DNA of 63,845 nucleotides, filler included, from Octopus bimaculoides (lineage: Eukaryota): assembly GCF_001194135.2 (NCBI RefSeq). It is 7 parts of 7 records of this genome, joined end to end, with 100 filler letters (N's around TTAATTAATTAA, not from the genome) between each part and the next. Parts side by side here need not be neighbours in the genome. Positions count along the whole stretch, not along the records: positions 1 to 27,178 come from NC_068988.1; 6 more parts are not named here. One strand, given 5' to 3'. The notes beneath the pieces were generated by a model. It searched no databases. It was not told the origin of the DNA and saw only the letters and a list, made by a program, of their open reading frames with translations. Both the position numbers and the translations under genes were made by a program. Positions 1 to 12,098 of this stretch are shown in pieces (within the stretch, counting starts at the first letter, position 1; each line of letters starts with the position of its first letter).

Positions 1-352
1 GTGTGTGTGTGTGTGTTGAAAGACTTCAAAGAGAGAGATTTAAAAATAAAAGCAAAAGGAATGTATAAAATGTATGGGGATGTTTGACAGCAAACTAATT
101 GCTATATCGATAGCAGTAGATACAGATAAAAGAGTGATTTTCGGAGGTATTATTTATTATGTTAGATATAGCCTCGAGTCTAGTTTATATTGTTCTAGTC
201 CCTGGACGAATAACGTGAAATAAACCTAAGCTAATTCTAATACTGTATCCAATAGAGCCACATTTTCGAGGATAGAAGAATTTAATGTGTTATCTATCCC
301 TATATTCTGAACTAATGTTTACCTACCTAGTACAATTTTCAATCACAAAATA

Positions 353-894
353 CGGAGGTGAGTCAAAAAGTGATGCCATTCTGTTTAGGAGAGGTATAAT
401 TACCATGACAGGAACATGTATCATACATCAAAATGAAGCTGGTCCTTTGTGGATCACATCCTGTTTCTCAATATAGACACCGTTTCTCTCAATAGCAATG
501 TTTCACCTTCGAATGAGAGCATGTATCCCTGCCCCGTAAAATTCTGTTGACTGTTCTTTGAGCCATTTCTTCTCTACAGTTTTCACTTCTTCGTAACTGG
601 AATAATGTTTGCCTCTCAAGCCCTCTTTCGTGGCGCTGATAGTCGGAAGCCGCTAAATCTGGTGAGTGTGGAGGTAGTGAAGAAGTGGCTCAAAAGAACA
701 ATCAACAGAATTTTATGGGGCAGGGATAAATGCTCTCATTCGAAGGTGGAACATTGTTATTGAGAGAAACGGTGTTGAGAAGAAGGGTTGAGATTCACAG
801 TGGACCAGCTTCATTTTGTTGTATGATACATGTTCCTGTGTTGGTAATTATACCTGTCCTAAACAAAATGGCATTACTGTTTGATTCACCTTCG
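353..894. mobile_element. Palindromic mariner-derived non-autonomous element made of two 3' ends
   Basis: Arms 351-577 and 674-896 are reverse complements (tacggaggtgagtcaaaaag / ttgattcaccttcgta) with TA at both ends. The minus strand reads PHSPDLAASDY and then KEGLRGKHYSSYEEVKTVEKKWLKEQSTEFYGAGIHALIRR*NIAIERNG, a mariner transposase C-terminus. Confidence 0.85.
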
Positions 895-1685
895 TACATT
901 GTGACGCTAATATTCTTTATACCAGAATTTTAGTATATTCCTTTTTGTCCAAATAGCTGTCGTTTACATGTAGGGACGGCTTTAAGTTTCCTTTACAAGT
1001 AACACAAAACGGATTACCTCTTAGTTATTACCGTAACAGTTGAAAAATCACATACTCTTATGTACTCTTAGGTGTCAGTGTAAACCTATCAAATATAACC
1101 ATGGTTATTCTTTCGTTCCAGTTTATTGCAAATCACAAACTTTTATATGTTCATTTTAATATTGTACACTTCAGCATCACATTTTACATGGAATATTTCT
1201 GATATTCAAAATGTTCTTAACATAGTTTCTCCTATATGTCAATAACGAGGAAAGGGTAAGACGCTCCAGTGCCCCGGAAATCTCCCGCAACGTCACTTAC
1301 ATTTGAACTTTGTGCATTAAAATTTGATGCGTAATTATCAAGAAATAACACACATTCGAAAACAACGTTTGTATTGAAGTACATTGACATATTTGTCTCA
1401 AAATCGACATAACAAACCTAATAAGTTCAATGTCTGTATCGCTTTTATATTTTATTGCAGTTTAAATTTTTATATAATTACATATAAAAAAATATTCGTT
1501 TGGTATTTAAAAACATAATTCCATCACATTTAATTTATAAATTCTTTTATCTTTTATTATCAATAGTAAAAACTATTTGAGGACAGTAGAATTTACTACG
1601 TTTTAAACACTGTTGAGATTTGATACACGGACACACTAGTTTTTTTACATGCTCTCTGACCACCCAAAATTTTCGAATAACAGAA

Positions 1686-1878
1686 GGCCACAAAATTTGA
1701 GAGAGGGGTTAGATGATTGCATTGACCCCAGTGCTCAACAAACATTTATTTTATTGACTCGAAAAGGATGAAATGTAAAGCAAATCTCGGTGGAATTTGA
1801 ACTCAGAACGTAAAGACGGGCGAAATGCTGGTGAGCCTTTTGTCCGGCGCGGCTGACGATTTTGCTAGCGCACCACCC
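1686..1878 (-). mobile_element. SINE (ggcggcgagctggcagaa-type family), diverged copy
   Basis: Reverse complement resembles the copies at 7076, 27661 and 31684 (head gg..gcgag.tggcaga, then gttctgagttcaaattcc, gagatttgc/gtcgactttgcc, and the aaattttgtggcc tail). Confidence 0.75.
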
Positions 1879-2138
1879 TAAACTTTCGAATATTTTGAAG
1901 TAGATGGTCAAGGTCCTGAACTGTTGGAATCGTCAGCGCGCCGGAAAAAATCATTAACGTCATTTCGCCCGTCTTTCCATTCTAAGTTGAAATTTGTCAA
2001 AGTCGATTTTATATTTTATATTAATAAGTAATGGCCATTGGAAAGACGGCACCGATAACTTATTCACTAGTGTTTCATATCGCCTGAAGTTCAAAATGAC
2101 CTTAGATATGCTGTGGTCTGCCTCAAAGATATACATAT

Positions 2139-2142
<4 letters not shown>

Positions 2143-2222
<80 letters not shown>
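2143..2222. repeat. (CA)n + (TA)n microsatellite
   Basis: Directly visible. Confidence 0.95.
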
Positions 2223-2227
<5 letters not shown>

Positions 2228-2258
2228 ATAAAGTGTCGTGGTTGAGGGCAAAACAATA

Positions 2259-2608
2259 CGAAGTAAATCACAAGAAAAGAAATATGTGAATTAATGTAGA
2301 CTTACCTCGAATTCAATATTTCGGGGTTATGACCCCATTTTCAAGAAATAGACTAGCATCACTAATTTAAACTCCATTACCTCCTGAATGTTAGCGATAA
2401 TTGTGTATATTATATGAGTATATGAACTGTGTATAAATATCATAATGTACGTATTACCCTCGAAATAGATGTACTACAATTCTTCCTTTGAAACCATGCC
2501 TACCATATTCAAATATTCAGGCATGGTTTGTGGATATCATGGTAACTAAAGCAATATTAATTAAAACTGTAATATAGCAATAACACTGTTTTCTTGTGAT
2601 TTACCTTC
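2259..2608. mobile_element. Tc1/mariner-type MITE, ~350 bp
   Basis: TIRs cgaagtaaatcacaagaaaa (2259-2278) and ttttcttgtgatttaccttc (2589-2608), flanked by TA (2257-2258, 2609-2610). A second copy of the interior lies at 3879-4118. Confidence 0.7.
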
Positions 2609-2998
2609 TACTTTCTCCGCATTGTTTTGGTCTTACCCATGATCCTTTATGCAATATATTCTACGCAATACTTCATAGTAATTATTCAATTATGATATAT
2701 AAAGGAGTAACTGTAAGGACAAGCAAGTTAGGCAAGTAGATATACAAAAAAATTAATACATTTAATACAAAAAATGTACATATGTATGCATATAAAAATG
2801 TCTGAATTACAAAGAATATAAATCATATCCCAAATTAAAGAGGCTGTATAAGAGTTTTACGAATCCAACAGCTGTTTCTGGGGACGTTGTAGTCCAAACT
2901 AATGATTGTAACTTGATTACATCATCGGATACCATCAACCTCCATCTTCGGGATTTAGATTTGAAGTGTTGATAGAATGGAGTTTAAAGATGGATGTG

Positions 2999-3044
<46 letters not shown>

Positions 3045-3719
3045 CACACATACTGCTTTTTTGTAAATGTGATGATTTTATTTAGAAGACGTGTAAGCAT
3101 GTTAGTTCATAAATCTTCATTTAAACGATTTGTCCTATAATTATTGAATTGGGGAAGCCTATTCTGTTCAAAATGTAATTTCCAAGTTGCTGTTTTTTGA
3201 ATGAGTTCAACTTTGCCACTTTGCAGTCGGCCTTTCTTTAATGTCTATCGTTTCAATTGCTATTTATTCATTTATTGGGTCTCCGATCGTGATACACGGC
3301 TATTTTCAAATGACCGATTTATCGAAAAAAAAAATTGTAATCTTCATAACTTATAACCTAGTGAAAATGCAGTGTCCTTATTGTATGTAACTAACACATT
3401 TACATCCATTATTTATAAAGAAGATGCGCGCATATGTTCTACAGTATGTTTAAGTTATATTCGGCATAATGCAATTGAGAAAATATATCTTTGACCGCTA
3501 ACGGCTATCTTGTAAATGAATTTTGATCGCACACTCGTGGAAAGAATATCAATAACAGAGTTTTTAATTAAACATATTGTTAAATATAATTTTTTTATTC
3601 ATTTAATACTTCTGATAATTTTTGTAAAACTCAGAAATTAATGTTAATACGCATGCGCAGTTATATACACGCATGCAAGAATAAACAGACACACATATGC
3701 ACACATACCCATTTGTCTG

Positions 3720-3748
3720 AAAGAAAGAAAGAAAGAAAGAAAGAAAAA

Positions 3749-3780
<32 letters not shown>
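3720..3780. repeat. (GAAA)n microsatellite
   Basis: Directly visible. Confidence 0.95.
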
Positions 3781-3878
3781 CGAATGGATAAAAGAAGGAA
3801 TGAAAAAGATGAAAAAGAAAAAAGAGAAGAATGAAATTTCAACGAATATTATTTGCTTTGCTTAAGAAGCGTTTTGTG

Positions 3879-4118
3879 TTTCAAGCATCACGAGTTTAAA
3901 CTCAATTACCTCCTGGATGTTAACGATAACTTTGCATATTATATGAATATATGAACTGTGTATAAAAAGAAATAATGTACGTATTACCCTCGAAATAGCT
4001 GTAATACGATTCTTCCTTTGAAACCATGCCTAGCATATTCAAATATCCAGACACGGTTTGTGGATATCATGGTAACTGAGGAAGTATTAGTTAAAACTCT
4101 AATATAGAAATAGGACTG
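3879..4118. mobile_element. TIR-less internal fragment of the MITE at 2259-2608
   Basis: Direct repeat of ~2340-2590 (e.g. aatgtacgtattaccctcgaaatag, ttcttcctttgaaaccatgcct, gtttgtggatatcatggtaact). Confidence 0.8.
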
Positions 4119-4410
4119 TAGGTTGCAGCTCAAAAGAATTGGAGAAAAATGTATATTTCGAAAGAAAAAGAAATAAACAATAGCATTAGCTGTGCGTATT
4201 ATATCAAGGAATGAAATAGAAATACAAACGTTTCCAAAATCCAGTTACATACAGGAATATAAAAACACCCTCTGACTGAACCCCTTTCCTCAAAAAAAAA
4301 AAGGAAGGAAGAAAAATATTGAGAAAAAAAGGAAGGAAAACAATATTGATATGTAAAAGAATAAAAGGTAGCATCTTTCAAAAAATCTTGTTACCTCTTC
4401 AAAGAAACTG

Positions 4411-4623
4411 CGAGGAGATGCTGATACGTGTCTAGCTTTAAGGTTATCGGAAAAGGCCTGGTTGGAGACCATACCGCGTTCTTTCCAGGGCTTAGAAAAT
4501 ATTGAAGGGCCGCTGTAATAAGTGTGTGAATGTGAGGGGGGGATGTGTTGAGCAAAATCATAATTATCTAAACTTCGTATATTTTCTTTTACCCAATGCC
4601 AGGAAATTTTCAGCACCCCCTCG
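4411..4623 (+). mobile_element. Mariner-derived MITE, ~213 bp
   Basis: Ends cgaggagatgctgatacgtgtctagcttta and ccaggaaattttcagcaccccctcg+TA. The interior resembles a decayed mariner C-terminus (KAWLET...QGLENIEGRCNKCVNVRGD). Confidence 0.65.
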
Positions 4624-4724
4624 TAGTGACTGTTGGCAATTCATTTATTTAGGTAATGTCTCTACAATATGCTAATGCTAGCGGAGTTTCACCGCTCTCT
4701 CACATATATTTTCTTCCATAATAC

Positions 4725-4796
<72 letters not shown>

Positions 4797-5640
4797 NNNN
4801 NNNNNNNNNNNNNNNNNNNNNNNNNNNNNNNNNNNNNNNNNNNNNNNNNNNNNNNNNNNNNNNNNNNNNNNNNNNNNNNNNNNNNNNNNNNNNNNNNNNN
4901 NNNNNNNNNNNNNNNNNNNNNNNNNNNNNNNNNNNNNNNNNNNNNNNNNNNNNNNNNNNNNNNNNNNNNNNNNNNNNNNNNNNNNNNNNNNNNNNNNNNN
5001 NNNNNNNNNNNNNNNNNNNNNNNNNNNNNNNNNNNNNNNNNNNNNNNNNNNNNNNNNNNNNNNNNNNNNNNNNNNNNNNNNNNNNNNNNNNNNNNNNNNN
5101 NNNNNNNNNNNNNNNNNNNNNNNNNNNNNNNNNNNNNNNNNNNNNNNNNNNNNNNNNNNNNNNNNNNNNNNNNNNNNNNNNNNNNNNNNNNNNNNNNNNN
5201 NNNNNNNNNNNNNNNNNNNNNNNNNNNNNNNNNNNNNNNNNNNNNNNNNNNNNNNNNNNNNNNNNNNNNNNNNNNNNNNNNNNNNNNNNNNNNNNNNNNN
5301 NNNNNNNNNNNNNNNNNNNNNNNNNNNNNNNNNNNNNNNNNNNNNNNNNNNNNNNNNNNNNNNNNNNNNNNNNNNNNNNNNNNNNNNNNNNNNNNNNNNN
5401 NNNNNNNNNNNNNNNNNNNNNNNNNNNNNNNNNNNNNNNNNNNNNNNNNNNNNNNNNNNNNNNNNNNNNNNNNNNNNNNNNNNNNNNNNNNNNNNNNNNN
5501 NNNNNNNNNNNNNNNNNNNNNNNNNNNNNNNNNNNNNNNNNNNNNNNNNNNNNNNNNNNNNNNNNNNNNNNNNNNNNNNNNNNNNNNNNNNNNNNNNNNN
5601 NNNNNNNNNNNNNNNNNNNNNNNNNNNNNNNNNNNNNNNN

Positions 5641-5702
<62 letters not shown>
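4725..5702. repeat. (CT)n microsatellite interrupted by an assembly gap (4797-5640)
   Basis: Directly visible. Confidence 0.9.
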
Positions 5703-5706
<4 letters not shown>

Positions 5707-7075
5707 GTCTTTCTGGCTGCAAACGAAGCAATCTAGACGTCTGTCTATCTGCCGATATAATTTATTAGTTTTATTTATTTTCTTTCTCTTCTTCAACACA
5801 CAAAAGATATCTGAGTAGAAAAATGTGTCTTTTAAATAGAAAATGCCACAGAAAGTATAGCATTGAAGCTGTTTTACGAAGTGCATTGCAGAAGGTTTGA
5901 GACAGTTTAAGATGAGGCAGTTAGATCTGTTCCAGATTATTTTAATCTTAGTAAGCACTTACTATATATCTAGTAAGCTGATCTGCTAGACGTCTTATTC
6001 CAGAATGGATGAGGCATCTGTTAGAGTATTTTGAACACATTCGACTAAACACAATTATTATAGGTGACTAGTTTGCTGAATGCAGTCGGGATGTGAAGAC
6101 AATTAGAAAGCTCTATACACAATTAATTAAACTGGGCGAAAACGCTGCTGAAAAGTAGAAAGGGATTTACATTATATGTTCATGACTTAAATCCACAATG
6201 CTCATGGATTAGCAAGCATCCATTTTACTCTTGCACAAGGTGTTCAAGGACGGTAGAGAGGAAGTGAAAGTGGATCAGAAGTGCAAGAACATCAGAGCTC
6301 ATTGAGAAAGTTTCACAATTTTCATGATGAAAACTCTCGTGTGTCTATAAACGTTGGCTTTCGTATTCATTCAAATGTACTTTTCCCATTTGACATAAAA
6401 TCGACCCACAAATTAATGTGTTTCTGTGTTGTCTCTTTGTGGACGTCTGCGTTTCTTGATGTGCGTGCGTATATGCATATGTATGCGCGCTTATACATAC
6501 ATAGAGATATATGTGTATATATGCATATGCATATAAATGCATGCAATCGAACATACATATGTGTGTATGTATGTGTGTAGAGAGATAGATAGATAGTTAC
6601 ACATAAAATTGCTATTCGAATTGAAATAAAAAGGTAGGAAAAATGTAATTTATAAGGAGTTGCTAGAGAATATGCATCATGTAAAACCCGTTTCTAAATA
6701 ACCTGTCCGGTAAACTAGCAATACTTGAGAGTGTATGTATAACTAAACAAGGCGAACACTTTACTCTGTACAGTGCGTAATTTATTCCTCTGAAAGCGAT
6801 AAAATTTATTCTGAAAATGTTTCAAGAAAAATATGCGCCTGAAATATCGATGTTTGGTAAATAATTCGAATAATCTGCTGGGTAGAAGAATTCTACTTTC
6901 CTGGTGTGTAGATCTACTTTTTTTTATTTTTCTTTTGATTGAGAGGCAGTGTGATGTACTATTGTAACTATTTTCCAAGTAATTCCGACCTTAAGGAGCA
7001 TTTAGTCCATTATATCTCCCGAAGTACATGAATGAGGAGATGTAAAGTTTTCCTAGGCAAACCGTAATGATGTAT

Positions 7076-7280
7076 AAGGCAGCGAGCTGGCAAAGTCGCT
7101 ACCACGTGGAGCAGAATATTTAGCACCACTTCAAGTTCACCCTCCGTCGAGGTCGACTTTATTCTTAATCCTTTCATGGTCAATAAACTAAGAAATAGTT
7201 GAACTCTTGAGTAGTGGTAATCAACTTACCCCCTTACCCTAAAACGTCTGGCCTTGTCCCAAAATTTGAAGTCAATATTT
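7076..7280 (+). mobile_element. SINE (ggcggcgagctggcagaa-type family)
   Basis: aaggcagcgagctggcaaagtcg...gaggtcgacttt...tggccttgtcccaaaatttgaa, shared with the other copies in the window. Confidence 0.7.
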
Positions 7281-8090
7281 CTGATATATACGTCAATAGC
7301 TAGAACTGGGCAGTCATATGAAATAGAGCGTAACTCAAGGAATACAAAAGAGAACGAAATGAAAAGTACTTTCGTATCCTGCTATACTTGAGGCAATTGG
7401 AGTTTCACAAAAAATGTTTCATAGAGGTTTTCGAGGAGTTTTAACGAGCAATAAGTATGCTTTGCTGTTGTAAAATAACACTAATATTCCTTAAGGATTT
7501 TTGAATATTTTCTTGCTCCTAGTGGCAAACAATGTATAAACAAATAATCTTTAGGTGTGGAATCCGGTTTCTGGATTGAAATAAGTGAATTTCTTTCCCT
7601 TACACGTTTACTATTCATAAAATATAAGATTATTATGGCAAATGTTAACCAACTTGAAAATATATCTTATTGACTATGTAAACTATAACATATCTGAAAT
7701 TACGTCACAAAAATTAGGACATTGTTCCCTGATGAAAACCTGTATCATTGAAAGCTACTCAGACTAACCAGAGCGACACTGTTTTAATGCTTATTTACCC
7801 CATATATTAAATAAACTTCCATAATTCTACAAAAGTAAATTAGTTTTCATTGATCGGAACATATTTATATGCTAATACAACATAGTTTAAACTAAAGCAC
7901 ATTCTGCCTGTCTTTAACTTACTGTGATGTTTTTTTGACATTCAGTCATTCTTTAACAGTATCAATTGTATAACCATGAATGCTAATTCTCCTACAAATA
8001 CGATGTCAGATGTTGCGTACCATGTTAATACGTACCTTTTTGATACAACCAAACCTTTGTCCATCTTTCATTTCAGTTGTTCTTTTTATA

Positions 8091-9314
8091 TGAAGTTGAG
8101 TAAAAAGTAAGCAACATTTTGAACATTGAAGAACTTGTACTGGATTCTTAGAGTTTTCAATTACTTGTAAACATTTTTGTTGCAATAGTCAGATGACATA
8201 GACGTAGACTTGCCCAAATACATCAATTTCAATAAATTAACTTTGATATTTATTTCACCGTTGTTGCAATAATCTGAAATGGAACTTTCAAAGCTCGATA
8301 TTCGAGAAATTTTACTATTCAACTTCAAAAAAAGGTGTAAAGCAGGTGAAACTGCACGCGATATCAATGAAACGTTTGGTGAGGAAATGACCAGAAAATG
8401 GTTAAAACAATTTCGCAGTGGAGATTTGAACCTTGAACCTTGAAGATCATGTGCGTAGAGGACGCCGATCTGTCATCGATGAGGGTCACTTAAAGGCCGC
8501 CATTGAAAAAGATCAATTTAAAACCACTCGAGAACTGACAAAAGAACTTCAAGGTAGCCAGAAAACTGCCTGCAATCAGAAAATCAAAAAAGCTTGACAA
8601 ATGGGTACCACATGATTTGAATGAAAATCAGAAAATGTGCAGGTATGAAATTTGCTCATCCCTTCTCTCCTAAGTCAGACCGTTCCATTTCTCGACCGTA
8701 TTGTAACTTGCGATGAAAAGTGGATTCTGTGATATAACTTTAAAAAAAACCTTCTTCGCAGTGCTTGAACCAAAATGAAGCATCGAAAACGTTCCCTAAA
8801 TTCGAGCCCTTCAAAAAGGTTATGGTGACTGTTTGGTGGTGTACTGCTGGACTTATTCATTATAACATTTTAAAACCCAGAAACACCATTACCGCAGAAG
8901 CATATTGCCATGGAATTGTCAAGATGAACGAAAAACTGCTACTCCCCTATTCTACACTCGTCAATAGAGGCGGGCCAATCATTCTTTATGGCAACGCTCG
9001 AACACAGCTTTCACTAATGACGCTCCAGAAGTTAAGGGAACTTGGCTACGAAGTTCTCCCACACCCAGCTTATTTCCCAGACCTTTTTGTCTACTGACTA
9101 CCACTTTTTCATGCACCTGTGAGAGAAGTTCAAAAATCAAACCGATGCCGAAAGTGCGTTCAACGAGTTCATCAGCCCTAGAACTCCAGATTTTTGTGTT
9201 ACCGGAATAAACAAACTAGTACCACGTTGGCAAAAATGTGTTGATTGTAATGGTACTTACTTTGATGAGTAAAATATCCGATTTTTGAAATATATTGTGA
9301 TGAATTCAGCCTGA
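8091..9314 (+). mobile_element. Near full-length decayed mariner (DD34D) transposon; transposase pseudogene 8279-9272
   Basis: ATG at 8279 (MELSKLDIREILLFNFKK...ETARDINETFGEE), KLDKWVPHDLNENQK, FLDRIVTCDEKWIL, KKVMVTVWW, GNAR (for HDNAR), LPHPAYFPDL (for YSPDL), RWQKCVDCNGTYFDE*; many frameshifts and stops. Degenerate TIRs with TA at 8089-8090 and 9315-9316. Confidence 0.92.
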
Positions 9315-9321
9315 TACATAC

Positions 9322-9470
9322 GGGTGTATACTTCATATCCGCATTTGAAGCCAAATATACAGTCATTTGAAACCAGTATTCCTTTTTCTGTTGCCTGCGA
9401 TGAAGTTATTTCTAGTTGAAGATCTACTTTGCTAGAATGGTGAGGGAAGCCATGCTGTTGATCATTAAAT
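9322..9470 (-). CDS. Candidate internal exon of unknown gene (FNDQQHGFPHHSSKVDLQLEITSSQATEKGILVSNDCIFGFKCGYEVYT)
   Basis: Open frame, donor accc|gtatgt, weak aag acceptor, and pattern similarity to the candidate exon at 42064-42294. Confidence 0.3.
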
Positions 9471-11483
9471 CTTGTTGTTGATCAAAAGTTAAAAGTGAAA
9501 TTAATTCTATAGCTAGCAGAACTAAAACTGACGGAATAAATTTGCATATTTACTATTACGTTACTTATACTAATAAACTAGAAAATTAATTGTAGCTTTC
9601 AACTCAACATAATACACAAATAATTTGTGGCGTGGTGTAATCAGAACAATTTCAGTTGAGATTTAATATAAGTAAAATTCATAGTAGTCTGCATCCTCTT
9701 TCTAGTGTAAATATATACTTTAATTTTTCAGCATTGTTTCCAGTTACATATTTTCTTAAGAGCAAATTACATGACGAAGAAAAAACTTTAGAAAAAATTA
9801 GTAATATTTTACGAGTGTGGAGAATGTAATTACATGATAATTAACATTTATTGTTATTGAAAACATAATTTTTTGTTATCTCAGAAGCAATATATTTTTT
9901 AAATATTCTCGTCTTAACACAGGATATGAACTGTGTTATAGAGTGTTATCGCTTTGTCCGGTGTCATTAGCGTAATTCATTGAAATGCTTTGAGATCCTT
10001 TAAATACAAAAAAAGCCAGTTAGATTGCAATATGTCGTTGACCTCTGCAAATTTTACGAACCATTTGTTAATTAAAATAATGATTCTGGATCAGAGAATC
10101 TCAAGAAAATAAAGTGTTATATGGCTGTAAAATAAATTTGGTTCTAAAGTGTGTTTACAATGTAAAACAAGATCGTTGTGATATTGCTATCGCTTTTTTA
10201 TCATGAATGTTTGTGGGGAAGAAGGTGATACTTTCGCAGAATCCGATCACTTGTTCCAATTCTGAGCAACGTTTCATTGCATATGCATAATTTGAATGTA
10301 GAGAAATAGCTATTTTTAATTAATGAATTTACTGTAAGGTATTTAATCAAAATGAAACAAACATGTAACTGTTCTCTTATGTCAATATTTGATCTACACA
10401 ACGATCTAAAAACATTAGAGTACTACAGCATATTGTCAATATATTAAGGTCACACAAGGTCAAATTCTCAAATGTATATTTACGTATTTATAGTATTTTC
10501 CTAATGGTAAGGAGTATTACCAAATGACCAGTTACGCTGGTCTTACAACTTCTTGTCTACATCATCTACTAATACGTTTTTTCAAACAATCTAAACAGTG
10601 GTCGTTTACTATCCCCTTCATTTTAATTTATCATTATATATATTTGATCAGGTTCATATATATTTGAATGGTTAATTCACTTTAGCATCCGTGTAAATCT
10701 GAGAATCCATGACACCCCAACAATAGTCAAGAATACCTCTTTTACAGAAAAGTCAACAATAACTGCAAAATTTAAAGAAAGGGAGAAAAAATAGAAATCT
10801 CTAAGGAACAGTAAGTTTTTTTTTTTTTCTATTGTCAAATCTTTAAATTGAAAGATGTTATAGATCTTTTAGATACTTGAAACTACATAGTATCTCAGAC
10901 GTTGATAGACTTAAATCTCCTCTCGCTAAGATTCGAAATTTTGGCATTCGAACAGCATATGCCACCTGTTTTCTGAAGAGTCTTTACAAAATCATAAAGA
11001 GAATTCCATATCAAGTTTTTGAAGTATAATTGAGTATTGATTTTTTACAAAAGAAAATATGTTTTCGAGAAAAGCNNNNNNNNNNNNNNNNNNNNNNNNN
11101 NNNNNNNNNNNNNNNNNNNNNNNNNNNNNNNNNNNNNNNNNNNNNNNNNNNNNNNNNNNNNNNNNNNNNNNNNNNNNNNNNNNNNNNNNNNNNNNNNNNN
11201 NNNNNNNNNNNNNNNNNNNNNNNNNNNNNNNNNNNNNNNNNNNNNNNNNNNNNNNNNNNNNNNNNNNNNNNNNNNNNNNNNNNNNNNNNNNNNNNNNNNN
11301 NNNNNNNNNNNNNNNNNNNNNNNNNNNNNNNNNNNNNNNNNNNNNNNNNNNNNNNNNNNNNNNNNNNNNNNNNNNNNNNNNNNNNNNNNNNNNNNNNNNN
11401 NNNNNNNNNNNNNNNNNNNNNNNNNNNNNNNNNNNNNNNNNNNNNNNNNNNNNNNNNNNNNNNNNNNNNNNNNNNNNNNNNNN

Positions 11484-11524
<41 letters not shown>

Positions 11525-11690
11525 TTGTTTGTGTGTCTGCGTTTGTTACCTCACCAAGGCTTGACAACCGATGTTGGTATTTTTTTACGTCCCAAAACCT
11601 AGCAGTTCGGCAAAAAAGATCGACAGAATAATTCCTGGGATTGATTTGTTCGACTAAAGGCGATGTTCCGATCACTGCCTAAATTGATAT
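11525..11690 (+). mobile_element. SINE-like dispersed repeat fragment
   Basis: ttgacaaccgatgttggt...tagcagttcggcaaaa...cgacagaataa...ttcgactaaaggcg; a related diverged copy lies at ~19190-19380. Confidence 0.5.
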
Positions 11691-11969
11691 TCATAGTTTA
11701 TATATGGTAATACCGCAGCTGGACATCTGTCATTGAGAAGCCCATACAGGGGCTAAATCACTTCATCTGGAAATTCTAGTATCCGAAAATAAGGCTTCTC
11801 GTACGCCATCAATATAATCATAGTGTATTTATGCAACACGATTTCATATGAAAGGCTCTCTCAAGATAAATAACGGAGTATTCTGTGTTCTAATACAACT
11901 TCCACGTTAAGGTGGAGATAAACATTATCTAACTCGTATACATACACGCACACACACATAAGCATGCAT

Positions 11970-11971
<2 letters not shown>

Positions 11972-12013
<42 letters not shown>

Positions 12014-12023
12014 NNNNNNNNNN

Positions 12024-12066
<43 letters not shown>
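11972..12066. repeat. (GATA)n microsatellite
   Basis: Directly visible. Confidence 0.95.
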
Positions 12067-12067
<1 letters not shown>

Positions 12068-12098
12068 CCACCAATCCATACGTACATACATACATACA

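Noticed and set aside
3990-4100. Duplicated exon hypothesis (minus-strand VTMISTNRVWIFEYARHGFKGRIVLQLFRG)
   Set aside because: The homologous copy lies inside a TIR/TA-bounded MITE and has a stop; the antisense frame is equally open
4290-4616. 108-aa minus-strand ORF
   Set aside because: Antisense of a mariner MITE plus an A-rich tract
4669-5958. Long ORFs across gaps and microsatellites (also 10992-11675, 38039-38716, 47769-48596, 56815-57753 and the YI/HT/CV-repeat ORFs)
   Set aside because: Made of X or dipeptide repeats; no coding evidence
6230-6370. Possible DD37D/maT transposase fragment (RTSELIEKV..DENSRVS)
   Set aside because: Too short and degenerate to support
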